Assembly (NCBI RefSeq): GCF_009834535.1
Contig: NC_045705.1
Coordinates: forward strand, 55,614,001-55,678,000
DNA: 64,000 bases
Reading direction: 5' to 3'
Source of the DNA: Camelus ferus
Taxonomy: Eukaryota
The position numbers and the translations under genes were made by a program. Numbering within the stretch: position 1 is the stretch's first letter; every line of letters starts with the position of its first letter. This document shows, in pieces, positions 26,721 through 37,587 of the stretch. A model generated the notes under the pieces. That model had not been told where the DNA came from. It searched no databases and saw nothing but the letters and a program-made list of their open reading frames with translations.

Positions 26721-28635
26721 CCTAGACTTTGAGCACTGTGCTCAAGTGGGGATAAATAAAAATAAGAAAACGGTGATGCTGCGCCACGTCTCCTTCTCGC
26801 CGTTACCACTCCCAAAATCAGGCTGGGGAATCACACATCCCGTTTAAACCAAGATTCAAAGTGATTAATCGATTCACCCCAAATCATGCAATAAACCTGA
26901 GGCTACACACATGTTGCCCAAGTTCACTTCTTAAACTCTTCACTGTGCCTTCTTTTTCTGTTAAATCTCCCAGCCGTGTTCAGCATGTTCTTTCATGTTC
27001 TACTCTCCCCTGGAGGGAAAACCTGTCCCCCAAGCCCGGTAGGCAGGGCACAGGATGTGAGCCACCCTAAGGAGAAGGGCTCTGAGGAGCCAGAGGCACC
27101 CTGAGAAGGATCAACGGAAAAGAAGAGGGAGGGGATGCGCTGGCCTGGGTGCCTGCGAGGAGGAGGGAGCGGGCGGTGGGAGACAAGTCTGTCTGCAGCT
27201 CGTTCATGCAGTCTCGTCCCCTAGTGCCCCCAGTGACTCATGCCAGTGAAAAGGAGCGTGGGTGTGGATGGCGTCAGAATGGGGATTCCCTTAGAGTGGA
27301 GGTGGAAGCCAGGGTCACATAGAGCCACAGAAACTGTGTGCGTGGCAAAGAAAGCTTTCTCTACCAACAAGAATATTGCTGTCAAGTGAGGAGCAAGGCA
27401 AGAAATCCAGGGGTCAAAACAGTCCTGGACTGGGATCCAGGTCTCTCTGACTCTTTCTTTCCTGTACATCAGTTTCCTGATCTGAGCAAGGGGCACGAGA
27501 TCACACGGTACCTTTGCAGTGCATCACCACCCAGGAGATGTTCCAGGACTCCGAGGCACAGCTCAGAGACAGTCCTGCCCCTGGGAGCTCAGGGAGAGCA
27601 GGGAGTAGTAGATACTACGTCACTTCTCCCTCAATGTGTCCCTTGCTGAATTTCTGACTCACAGGGGAAGCTGAGCTGTGTGAGGCTGGACACGCATGTG
27701 TGGATGGAGTCAGAATAAGGAGACCCTCAGGGTGGGTGTGGAAACCCAGGCTCAAGTAGAGCTGAAGAATCTGAGTTCATTTCTTGAATTCTTGTCACTA
27801 TGCCTTCTTTTTCTCTGAATGCCTCCAGCAACACTTAATGTGTTCTTTGATGTTCTGCTCTTTTCTGGAGGGAACACCTTGTCATGTCTTGGTGATGAGG
27901 AGAGGGACTTGGCAGGCAGAGCAGGCAGGTGGAAGATGAGAAGGGTGCAGCTGGGCACAGAACCTGGACACAGGGCAGAGGCTGAGGCTGGAGGGTGGGA
28001 GGAAGGTCCCCAGCTCCCCCCTCTTTCCCTTCACTTGGCCTGTGGGAGGAAACAGAAGACGCAGCAGTGTGGGCTGTAGACACGAGAGAGATGGTGGCGT
28101 TGTCTTCGGAATTTTGCCAAAAGGAAGTAAGCTAGTAGGGCCCCCACACCCTGAGTGCAGGCCTTTCTGATGAGGCCCCTGGCTATGGGTTGTGCCTGCC
28201 CTGTGGTTTGGGGAGAGACAGTCCCAGGCCCTGAGGGAGCTGGCATGCTCTGCCTCCTGTCAAGTCTGGGCCTGCCCTCCGGGTCCTGGCACAAGTTTCC
28301 CAGGATCTAAAGGACCCCGCAGGGCCCCCATTGTGAGAGGCAGAAGGAGGCCCCGTGACTTGGCAAAGCCTCACCCTTCAGAAGGAAGCTCTGGGTTTGA
28401 AACCATCAAGCCTTCCACGTGGGAAATCCTCGCTGGTTCATTACCTGCCTCTACCCTGCAAGAGCCAAAGTGTGAGGGTCCCCGAGACCGTCCAAGAGGC
28501 AGTGCCACAAAGAAGACTGGAGCAGACAGCAAGTGTGAGGACCCTGAGAGCTTCATCCAGGGCCAGAAACCTTGTTTTCTGCTCACCTACCCCCGGCTCC
28601 TCAGTCTGCTGGACCAGGTTAAGATACCAGGTGCT

Positions 28636-28765
28636 GGGAGAGGAGGGTATAGCTCGCTGGTAGAGTGTGTGCTTAGCATGCACAAGGTCTTGGGTTCAAA
28701 CCCCAGGACATCCATTAAATAAATAAATAAATAAACCTCCCCCACCAAAAAAGAAAAGAAAAGAA
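28636..28765 (+). mobile_element. Camelid tRNA-derived SINE (Vic-1 type)
   Basis: ggagggtatagctc...gtagagtgtgtgcttagcatgcacaaggtcttgggttcaaacccc with Pol III A/B boxes and (AAAT)n tail; target-site duplication aagatac(c/t)aggtgct at 28621-28635 and 28766-28780. Confidence 0.9.
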
Positions 28766-29519
28766 AAGATACTAGGTGCTATATCTCATGAAGTTCAAGG
28801 ACGTAACTCTTGTCCTCAGGTGGAACATGCCAAGCCCAGGCTTATATCCTTCTTCCAGGCTGTCCTTTACCCACTTAAACCCAGGTAGGTAAAGCCCTCC
28901 CACCTCCAGCGTTTTAACCTGACCACCAGTTGCACTGCAGCCTCTGACCCCAGGCCCTCCCACTGAAACCCAACCTGGATGCTCTGCTGTGTCCTCAGTG
29001 GGATCAGAACTTCCCCAGACTGAATTTCCATAGAACCCAGGGGGTGTCCTTGTGGACAAAGGACAGAAGGAAAAAGAGCCACAAAGCTGAGTCAGGGGAT
29101 GGATGTCTGCACTGGTCAAAGAAGACATTAAGTCCCATGATTCAAGTATATAGAGGTATAGTGGAACAGAGCCAGAGGGAGGGACGCCAAAGGCCATGAG
29201 CAGCTGGGTAAAAGCACTGGACATGATGTTTGGGACAGTGTCTGAGCTAATAAAGTATCTTCTGGAAAAGGATCTTGGAAGAGGAGTTTTGTCTGAACAC
29301 TTGTCAGTGCATGGAGTAGAAACGGCAGTTTTATATCTTCTTCCTTCCCACTTACATCTCCCCTAGGCTGAAGGGAACACAGATGCCTAACTCCTGTAAC
29401 CTCAGTTAACTGAGGTTAGATTAGGGTTAGACAACAGGAATGACTTCCCCTGGGAAAGCACACCCCCATGTCCCCATGCCCCTGGGCTGAAGAAAAGACT
29501 TTGAAACTCCAGAAGATTG

Positions 29520-29720
29520 TCAGAAAAGCATGGGCTTTAGTCAGATGAGTGGATTCTAATCTTAGTTCTTCTGTGTACCAGATGTATGACTTGGAGTAAG
29601 TCTGTTAGCCTCTTAGAAACCAATTCCTTGATCTATCCTTTGGGAGGGAGCATCAACAGACTCACAGAGAATTAGGGAATTTGTAGGTCGGTGTATGTCA
29701 AGCCCCTAGAATAGTGCCTG
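29520..29720 (+). mobile_element. MIR SINE
   Basis: gggctttagtcagatgagtggattctaatcttagttcttctgtgtacc...gaatagtgcctgacaca. Confidence 0.7.
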
Positions 29721-29864
29721 ACACAAAGATGCTCCCAGCAAAGGCTGAGGCAACCCCGGCCCCGATCCTCACGCCCACCTATCTCAGATCTCTGTAGAAC
29801 TGGTGCTTGCCTCTCTCAGGCCCCTCTTATTCCCTGCAGGGACAGAGCTAGGTGGAGCCAGGAG

Positions 29865-30882
29865 ATGGGACCAGGCCCTGCACTGCCTGCTTTCAACCAG
29901 ACTGTGCTCATCCCTGGGCCTGGGCCTTTTGTCCTGCTCAGGGTACCGGGAATGGAGGCCTTGCATGCCTGGCTTTCTGTGCCCATGTGTCTGCTGTACG
30001 TGGCAGCTCTGGCAGGGAATGCCCTTCTCCTGGGGCTGGTAGCAGCTGACAAGGCACTTCAGGCCCCCATGTACCAATTGTTGGGGCTTCTGGCCACCGC
30101 TGACTGGGTTCTGGCCACAACCACAGTGCCCAAAGCCCTGGCTGTGCTCTGGGGCCTGTCGGGAGAGATCTCCTTCAGGGCCTGCCTAGCCCGGCTCTTT
30201 GTTGCCCACGTGGCCTTCATTGCCGAGTCTTCGGTGCTGCTGGCCATGGCCGTGGATCGCTACGTGGCCATCTGCCAGCCTCTGTGCTACGGTGCGTTAC
30301 TGACCCAGTGCGTGGCAGGCATTGTGGCTGCAGCTGCGGTGACCCATGGTGCCCGTGTCATGGCCCCCACTGTGGCCTTGCTCTGGAGACTGCCTTACTG
30401 TGGGCATCGGGCCCTGCCCCACACCTACTGTGAGCACATGGGCGTGGCTCGGTTGGCATGTGGCAACATGAGCCCCAGCGTCTGGTATGGACTGGCCACC
30501 ACACTGCTCTCTCCAGCCCTGGACCTAGGGCTCATAGGTGCTTCCTATGCCCTCATTCTCCGGGCTGTGTCGCCTGCCATCCTGTGGTGCCCGCCGCAAG
30601 GCCATGGGCACCTGTGGGGCCCATGCCAGCGTCATCACTCTCTTCTGCACACCTGCCCTCTTCTCCTTTTTGTCTCACCGTTTCAGCCACCACATGGTGC
30701 CCAGCCATATCCACATCCTGCTGGCCAACCTCTACGTGGTGGTGCCCCCAGCTCTCAATCCCGTGGTCTATGGAGTGCGGACCCAACAGATTGCTGAGAG
30801 GCTCAGACGCTGGCTTCAGCTCTGCTGGGCGGGAACCCTGAGGGATGTGGGCCCTGAGAGGGCCTCCCACAGGAATGAGTGA
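29865..30882 (+). pseudogene. OR52V1P: Olfactory receptor OR52V1-like, frameshifted
   Basis: MAVDRYVAIC and HTYCEHMGVARLAC in frame 1; KAMGTCGAH and [16 protein letters not shown] in the next frame; 2-bp loss at about 30570 (gct gtg t|cgc ctg). Acceptor ttccctgcag ends at 29839. Name from synteny between OR52H1 and OLFM5P. Confidence 0.8.
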
Positions 30883-31604
30883 GCCCCGATTTTCTTCAAC
30901 ACGTCCCCTCAGGGACCCATCTGGGCAGAGCTCTAACCAAGGCACCTCCATCGTCTGCCACTAGGTGGCTCTAGGCCGACTCCAGCCCTATTCCGGTCAT
31001 GGGGGCAAAGCGCACATTGAACTGACCACTCTCTACCTGGGTCTGCCGTGCTGACACGATTCCTCCCTCTTTCTAACTCAGTATTGATCTCCGTAGATGC
31101 ATCACACACATTGGGCCTGGACGGTGGCGGACAGGGAGGCCTAGGACACAGCCCGGGATCAGGACCTCGTCTTCATCACTCTGCACAACTAGAACCGGAC
31201 TGCTGAAAGGTGGCTCTGAATGGGGCCTCTCCTGCTGTGTGTGACACGGAGCAGGAGCTCCACGTTTGCTGAAGGGATGAAAACAGGAGGGGCTGGGGAA
31301 ATGCCACAACAGGAATAAAACAGAAAACAGCCCTGGAAACTGACTTGACTCCTGACCTGGGTGATTATTATCTAAATCTTGGGAGACCTTGGCCCTGGGA
31401 GGGAAGGGCGTGGACGACCCTGTGCTGCCTCCTGAAGGCACTTTGCTCACATGTTGAGCGTTCTCCTGTTTTTTCCACTAGAGCCGCTCACTAGCCTTAG
31501 TTGGCAAAATACAGGAAGGTGACCCCAGCACAAGCTGTCAGGCTTCAAGCTCTGTCTGTTCTCCTACCCTTCTCCCCTCCATCCCTCCCTCCCTAAAGTT
31601 CTAT

Positions 31605-32150
31605 TAACATTCCATAGAAACTCTGATCTTCCAAAGTTCTAACTTCTGTATTTGCCTGTAAAATTTATCCACTATTGGAAAATATGTTGCATAAAAGTAT
31701 TCAGAATATTAAGACTACCAAAGGTCATCAAATAAGAAAGCCTGCCCAATTTACATCCTTAAGAAGTGGGGACCCCCCCCCCAGTACCTCCTCTAAAAAT
31801 AAATAAATAAACTGAATTACCTGCCACCTCCAAAAAAAACTTCAAGAAAAAAGTGAGACCAAAAAGGTTTCTTATTTTGCAAAAACACTAAATTTTGTTC
31901 CACAGTTCAAACATCTCAGTAGAACTCTTCTTTACAATAACTATCATTCTTCATCAGGCAGAAACTTTTTTGATCAACTTCCATGCTATCACACAATAAA
32001 GAGAATTACCTTGAATTTAACACATTGATTTTTATACAATTTCTCATTCTTACTCTAGCACAAAACCCATTATTCATTTAGCTGTCATTTTCCACAGCAT
32101 GCCTTTAGGTTTACATTTTGATGTAAGCTCTGTAATCTTGCTGGCTACTG
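31605..32150 (-). mobile_element. Second Charlie1 fragment, near-copy of 23305-23770
   Basis: Collinear with 23305-23770 (ctgatcttccaaa...gatgtaagctc); about 85-90% identical by eye. Confidence 0.85.
31770..31860 (+). mobile_element. 5'-truncated Vic-1-type SINE inside the Charlie1 copy
   Basis: cccagtacctcc...aaataaataaactgaattac...ctccaaaaaaaa matches the 3' half of the other SINEs; absent from the 23470 paralogous site; flanked by aagtggggacc / aagtgagacc. Confidence 0.75.
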
Positions 32151-33531
32151 GCACTGATTCTGGATAGGATTCGCACTCCACAAAGCTTAGGTTTTTCAAC
32201 TCCTTCTTCTCCTACCTCCCCAACCTCTGTGATTCCTCTGGACCCCATGGTTACAGCAAGGCCAGACCAGGGGAGTTAATGGAGAATGGGCTCCTGGCCT
32301 TGGGCAGGGAGTCAGAGGGTGAAAATCTGCACAGCAAGATACAAAGGGATGCTCTTTCGCAGAGGCTTTCCCAGCAGAGCCCTGGGCACATCCTCCTGGA
32401 GTTATACTTTCACTTGATCCCTGAGATCCTTTCCTTAGAAGGGGAAGTAGAGGTATTATGTGCTGGATAAAGGATTCTAAAGGATGGGATGAGTCAGCAG
32501 AGGGCCCTTTTGCTAAGTGCTCACAGTACCTGAAGTTGAGGGTGCAGTGAGAAGTAGGGAAATGATAAAGGGTTTAGACAGCAGATCTCCAGAGCCCAAA
32601 CTCCTCAGTGGAAACATGGAGGCAACACACTCTTCATAGGAAATCTAACATCCTTCTAGGCATTTGGGTGGGTGTGAGACTTGTCACTGCCTGACAAGTA
32701 CTCAGAGAAGAGATAGAGCAGAAGAACACAGAGTAATCGAGGGTGGCCGGCACTGGGAACACGGCTGTGGCTCCTGGTCTGGACCTCAGGAACCAAACTC
32801 CTGGTCCTCTCGAGGTGTACCCCAGGCAAGAGCCTGGAAGTCCAAAGGCTTGACAGGCTCCTGTGGCTGATTAGAAAGTCCTGGGAGGGGCTTTCTTGGA
32901 GGACAGGCAGTGAAATCTGCTGGCATCAGGAGCTCCAATTAAGGGATACATTTGAATGGTGGGGTGGGATGGAGGTGCCTAGAATAGTGGCGGAGACAAG
33001 TTTCTAGGGGTAAAGAGGGCATATAACAGAGCAGGCCTGTACATGCTGCTAGAGTGACCCCACCCCACCCCCGATACACAGTTTGACCCTCATTCAAGGG
33101 TGCACGGTTAAGTAGATGGCTCTGTCCTCAAGACTGAGCATTTCCTCCTAGAGTAGTCCCTCCCTCAAAGTTGAGACCATAATCCTTCCTGAAAGGGACC
33201 CATCCCAAGGCCCCCACAGGATGTCTCAGGTTTGCCTTAATCTGTTTGGGCAGGAGGGCCCAGCAGGGCTGGACAGATCTCAGCTTGGGGATGGGTGAGA
33301 AAGACACGTCTGTAGTGAGAAGCTCACTCTCCCCCTATCTTTGGAGGCACCTGTCTTTTGCAACCCTTTTCTTCCATACCCTCCCCCCATGCACTCTCCA
33401 CACCCTCTCCCACTCTCAGTCCTTTCTGATGTCAAAATCTGCGCCCCTTCTGCTGAGATTGTTCACTTGGGCCAGTGATAAAAGCCTAGGGGAGCTCAAA
33501 GGTCTTACTCCACGTCTGCAGCTGATACAAG

Positions 33532-33600
33532 ATGCAGCCTGTCCCCGAACTCCTGACCACTCTGCTGCTGCTGCTCCTGGTGCTCCCAGGACAGCCTCAG
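33532..33600 (+). pseudogene. OLFM5P: OLFM5P putative exon 1 (signal peptide MQPVPELLTTLLLLLLVLPGQPQ)
   Basis: ATG at 33532, hydrophobic leucine core, phase-0 donor CAG|GTATAG at 33600/33601. Confidence 0.65.
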
Positions 33601-34216
33601 GTATAGAGGGAGGGGAGAGGGATCACAGGCAGGCAGGGAGAGGGTCCTGGGCTTTGGGATGGCTCTCCTCTTCTCTTTGATCCTTTTCAAGAAGCCCCAG
33701 GTTATGGGAGACAGTGAAAGTGGAAAGACCTAGAGACGACAGACGGAAGGAAGGTAAGGAAGATGGGATACCCTGCCTGCTCCGATTATCCCTTGTCGGG
33801 TACAGGCATAGGGTGAGAGAGGGGAACAAGGATGGACGCGGGAGTGGGAGGAGTCCTGGGTTGTACCCGTGCTCTTTTGTGAAGTCTTGTCCTTCCCAGA
33901 GGTCTGCCGCCCTCTTCCTGTGCTAAGGATGCGGGAGGTAAGGGAGGCCCACCTGGGCTGTTGTAGGCTATGTAACCTCTGCTTCGTTACCCACAAAGGC
34001 TAAACTACTGGGCTAAAGTTACAGGCTGAACACATAGCCAGACGAACTACCAGGGCTATAGAAGATTTGAGTGTGATTGTTCAGAGGACAGCGGCCACAC
34101 ATCTTATTTTTTGAAAATTATATAAGGAAGCCCCAGTTGGTGCTATAAGCTTAACCAACAACTTGAGAAGGGGTCTTTGATCCAATATTGGCTCACCCCG
34201 CTTCAAATGGGAGTGG

Positions 34217-34367
34217 AGGGGGCAGGGTATGGTTCAGTGGTAGAGTGCTCATGTAACATGCATGAGGTCCTGGGTTCAATTCCCAGTACCTCCATTTAAA
34301 CAAACAAACAAACAAACATAATTACTTCCCCTCCAAAAAATAAATAAATAAAAAATAAAACTTTTTT
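34217..34367 (+). mobile_element. Camelid tRNA-derived SINE (Vic-1 type)
   Basis: ggcagggtatggttcagtggtagagtg...gaggtcctgggttcaattcccagtacctcc with (AAAC)n tail; target-site duplication aatg(g/a)gagtgg at 34206-34216 and 34368-34378. Confidence 0.9.
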
Positions 34368-34502
34368 AATGAGAGTGGCGATATAGACATAGGGACACAT
34401 ATAAACACCCTTAGGTATGTAGACACTCACTCAAATGAGCACATGGTTATTACACTTTCACACTCTGCTTCCTGCGTGCTGCGTGCCTGCACTCTTCCCT
34501 CG

Positions 34503-34661
34503 GTTTCTGTGCCCTCGGAGGCCTCCAGGAAGTCACCAGACCCCCTGTGGCACAGCTCAATGGGAGAGGCTTCTCGTACAAGATGGTGCCCGGGGCTGAG
34601 ACTCGGCACCCAGTCCAGCCTCTGCCCTCAACTGGGTGGCCCCGCTGTGTGCGGATGGCAG
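34503..34661 (+). pseudogene. OLFM5P: OLFM5P exon encoding the start of the olfactomedin domain
   Basis: (G)FCALGGLQEVTRPPVAQLNGRGFSYK/-GARG*DSAPSPASALNWVAPLCADGR aligns to OLFM4 [55 protein letters not shown]. Acceptor reads CG (34501-34502); 1-nt deletion near 34583; TGA at 34597-34599; donor AG|GTGAG. Confidence 0.85.
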
Positions 34662-34999
34662 GTGAGCCCAGGATGATTTCTCTTCTGCAACCAGGTTTAT
34701 TCCAAATGTGCCATCCCCTGCCCTAACAAGTTTCCTTGTGGCCCCTGATCAGCTTCCTCTCTCTATTTTAGGATTCCCCCCAGATAAACAGCCTGGGCCC
34801 GACTGGTCACCTCCTAGTGTTCCTCTCATGGGTTAAGGATGGTCCAGACTGCCCTGAGCTACTGCCTGGAATCTCTAACCCGATCATAATCCAGAGCACT
34901 AGTACCCTTAGCCTGGTCTTATCTTAAAAACTAACTTCCATTCTTGGCCCTCAGACTCTTAACTTCTCAGAAGTTTAGAGGATAAACCTGACCAAGTTT

Positions 35000-35190
35000 C
35001 AGACTTGGAGTCAAGTAGATCCGAGTTTGAGTCTCAGTCCTGCCGCTTAAGCTCAGTGTCCTTGGAGAAATGAATGAACATCTCAGACCCATTCTTAGTT
35101 ATCTGTAAAATGAGGCTGATTCAATATATGAAAACATCACATGAGATTACATAGAAATGTGTGGACAACATAGCAGGTGCTGATAAATAT
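35000..35190 (+). mobile_element. MIR SINE
   Basis: gacttggagtcaagtagatccgagtttgagtctcagtcctgccgct...atctgtaaaatgaggctgat. Confidence 0.75.
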
Positions 35191-35490
35191 TGGTTCGATG
35201 AAAAAATTGCTAAATGGATCAATGAGTACACGGGTGAACCCTTCAATGAATTGGCAGCCTGGCCGGGGAGGTAGATACAACTCACAGACAGGGTGTTTAA
35301 AGTCAGTACATACAGGAATGTGATAAAGACCCAGCTGAGCAGGAAGGAGATCCCGGGCAGGAAGGATGACTCTAGTCACTGAAAAGCCACAGTGGAAGCT
35401 CATCTCAGGAAGATTATTGCCACTGATAAGAATGCTCTCTAATTTCTATAGACATTTTGTAGCATATGAAACACATTTACATGTCGTTGC

Positions 35491-35816
35491 TTTTTTTTTT
35501 TTTACTGGTAACTGTTTTATTATTAATTTGTTATTGAAGTACAATTGATTTACAATGCTATGTCAGTTTCAGTCAGTACAGCATAGTGATTCAGCTATAC
35601 ATACATACATATCTTCTTTTTCATATTCTTTTTCATTATAGGGTATTACAAGACATTGAATACAGTTCCTTGCGCCATACAGTAGGACCTTGTTATTTAT
35701 CTCTTTTACATATAGCAGTTTGTATCTGCTAATCCTGACTCTCAATTTATCCTTCCCCCTCTTTGGTAACCATAAGTTTGTTTTCTATGTTTTTGAGTCT
35801 GTTTCTGTTTAATAAA
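35491..35816 (-). mobile_element. L1 3' end (5'-truncated) in an OLFM5P intron
   Basis: T-tail, ttattgaagtacaattgatttacaatg...ttccttgcgccatacagtaggacc...ggtaaccataagtttg; diverged target-site duplication tacatg(tcg/gca)ttgc at 35478-35490 and 35817-35829. Confidence 0.9.
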
Positions 35817-36517
35817 TACATGGCATTGCTTTTTAAATCCTCTCAAAATTTGTGGGTAAGGCATGACTTACTGGCCAATGTTAAGCAAAGACAATACTTA
35901 TAAGTCAGGAATAATTTAAAGAATTTTCCAAAGTGACCTCATGAATATAAATCTCCTTATATCACTGTCCTGCTACAGGACACCTGTGTTTCAAGGGCAG
36001 GTGGAAGGCGCTGGAGTCTAGACACAGAAGAGTGTCCATAAAGAAGAAAAAAAACCAGTAGCTCACTTGTTGATTGCTTATTCTGAAATGAATACTTTAC
36101 ACTAGTTGTTTTGCTTGCATTATCTTGGTCAGTCCTGCCCATCAAGGAGATAGATCCTTTTGTTATTCTTTTCACAGAATTTAGTTATGACCTTCAGCAA
36201 ATTGTGTACCCTTTCTGAGACCCGGTCTCTTCATCTGTGGGAATAAACCTACCTTCCAGTGTTTTACTATAATTAACCGACATAATGCGTGCCCGGTGCC
36301 CATTAGGCCTTGTTGCGGTTAGTGTTAACGTTATTACTGTTGCTGTTTTTTGTTGTTGTTGCAATTACCTATTGTCATAATATACTGTAAGTAAGAGAGA
36401 GATTACAGATCAATTCTGTTTGATTCCAAAGCCCTCAGTATTAATCAGAACACTAGCCTGCTCATTTTTAAATAGCTTTTGGTTACCCTGATGATGCTGG
36501 TGGGGGGCTTGGTCTAG

Positions 36518-37264
36518 GTACTTTGACTACCACCGGCCGCACAAGTCCTGTGATGACCTGGCGCTGCTGAAGAACTACAAGGAGAGGAAGATGGCTATCG
36601 TGACAGCGGTGGCAGTGCTGTGGATGAGAACTTCATGTACTCGAACCGCTACGGCACAGGTGTCATGGCCAAGGTGGGCCTCTCCTCCAACACCCCAGTG
36701 CTGCAGTGCCCGCTGCCCGGTGCCGCCTACAACAACCGCTTCTCCTATGCTGGCGTGCCCTGGAAGGACTTGGACTTTGCTGGAGATGAGAAGGGGCTGT
36801 GAGTGCTCTACACCACTGAGGAGACCAAGGGCAACCTGGTTGTGAGTCGTCTCAATGCCAGCACTCTCGAGGCGGAGAAAACCTGGCGCACCAGCCAATA
36901 CAAGCCGGCCGTGTCAGGAGCCTTCATGGCCTGTGGGGCGCTCTATGCCTCACGCTCACTGAGCACCCGCCAAGAGGAGATCTTCCATGCTTTTGATACC
37001 ACCACTGGGCAGGAGCACCATCTCAGCATCCTGCTGGGTAAGATGCTGGAAATGCTGCAGGGCACCCATTACTGCCCCTCAGATCACAAGTTCTATGTCT
37101 ACAGTGGTGGCTACCTGGTTATTTATGACCTCAGCTTCCAGACACTGAAGCACAGCCTGCCAAGACCACCAGCCAAAAGACCCTCTGGGGCTTGGGTACA
37201 ACCAAAACCTGTCAAACCCCACAAACCTTCCAGGCCCCGAGACTGCAGGACACAGCATTGGTAG
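36518..37264 (+). pseudogene. OLFM5P: OLFM5P last exon (olfactomedin beta-propeller)
   Basis: YFDYHR...[44 protein letters not shown]...QYKPAVSGAFMACGALY...EEIF..FDTTTG matches the OLFM4 C-terminus. Acceptor ctag at 36514-36517; 1-nt deletion near 36594; TGG>TGA at 36800-36802. Confidence 0.92.
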
Positions 37265-37564
37265 AAGTGTGTCCTCCTTCTCCTCCAGATGGGCCACTCC
37301 CCAGAATGGCCATCAGCCCTCATGATTGGGAGACATTGATTATGTCCAGTTAGTTCTTCATAATTAATATCAAGGGACCCACACACAGCGCCACAGAGAA
37401 ACATACATCCCACATAAACAATCTGTTCTTTTATTTATTTTTTTTTAATAGTTCCATCCTGAGAACTTTGTCCCCAGTTTCCTGGAAAATTGTCTTATTT
37501 TATTTTGTTATGGAGACGTGGACTCCCAAAGTACACCTCCTTCCCCAGCTAGTTCAGGCAGAGA

Positions 37565-37587
37565 CTGTGAAGCTTGAGTTGACATCA
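37565..37587 (+). promoter_or_regulatory. Tandem CRE-like element upstream of UBQLNL
   Basis: ctg-TGAAGCTT-gagt-TGACATCA; same spacing as the elements at 43987 and 51405. Confidence 0.5.

Larger units (their letters stand above)
33532..37264 (+). pseudogene. OLFM5P: Olfactomedin 5 pseudogene (OLFM4-like), whole locus
   Basis: Signal-peptide exon plus two olfactomedin-domain exons homologous to OLFM4; at least five disabling lesions; syntenic with human OLFM5P next to UBQLNL. Confidence 0.85.

Noticed and set aside
28642-28715. tRNA-like sequences at 28642, 34221 and 50907
   Set aside because: These are SINE heads with tails and target-site duplications, not tRNA genes.
28192-28722. 176-aa ORF
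   Set aside because: No domain similarity and runs into a SINE; expected by chance in GC-rich DNA.
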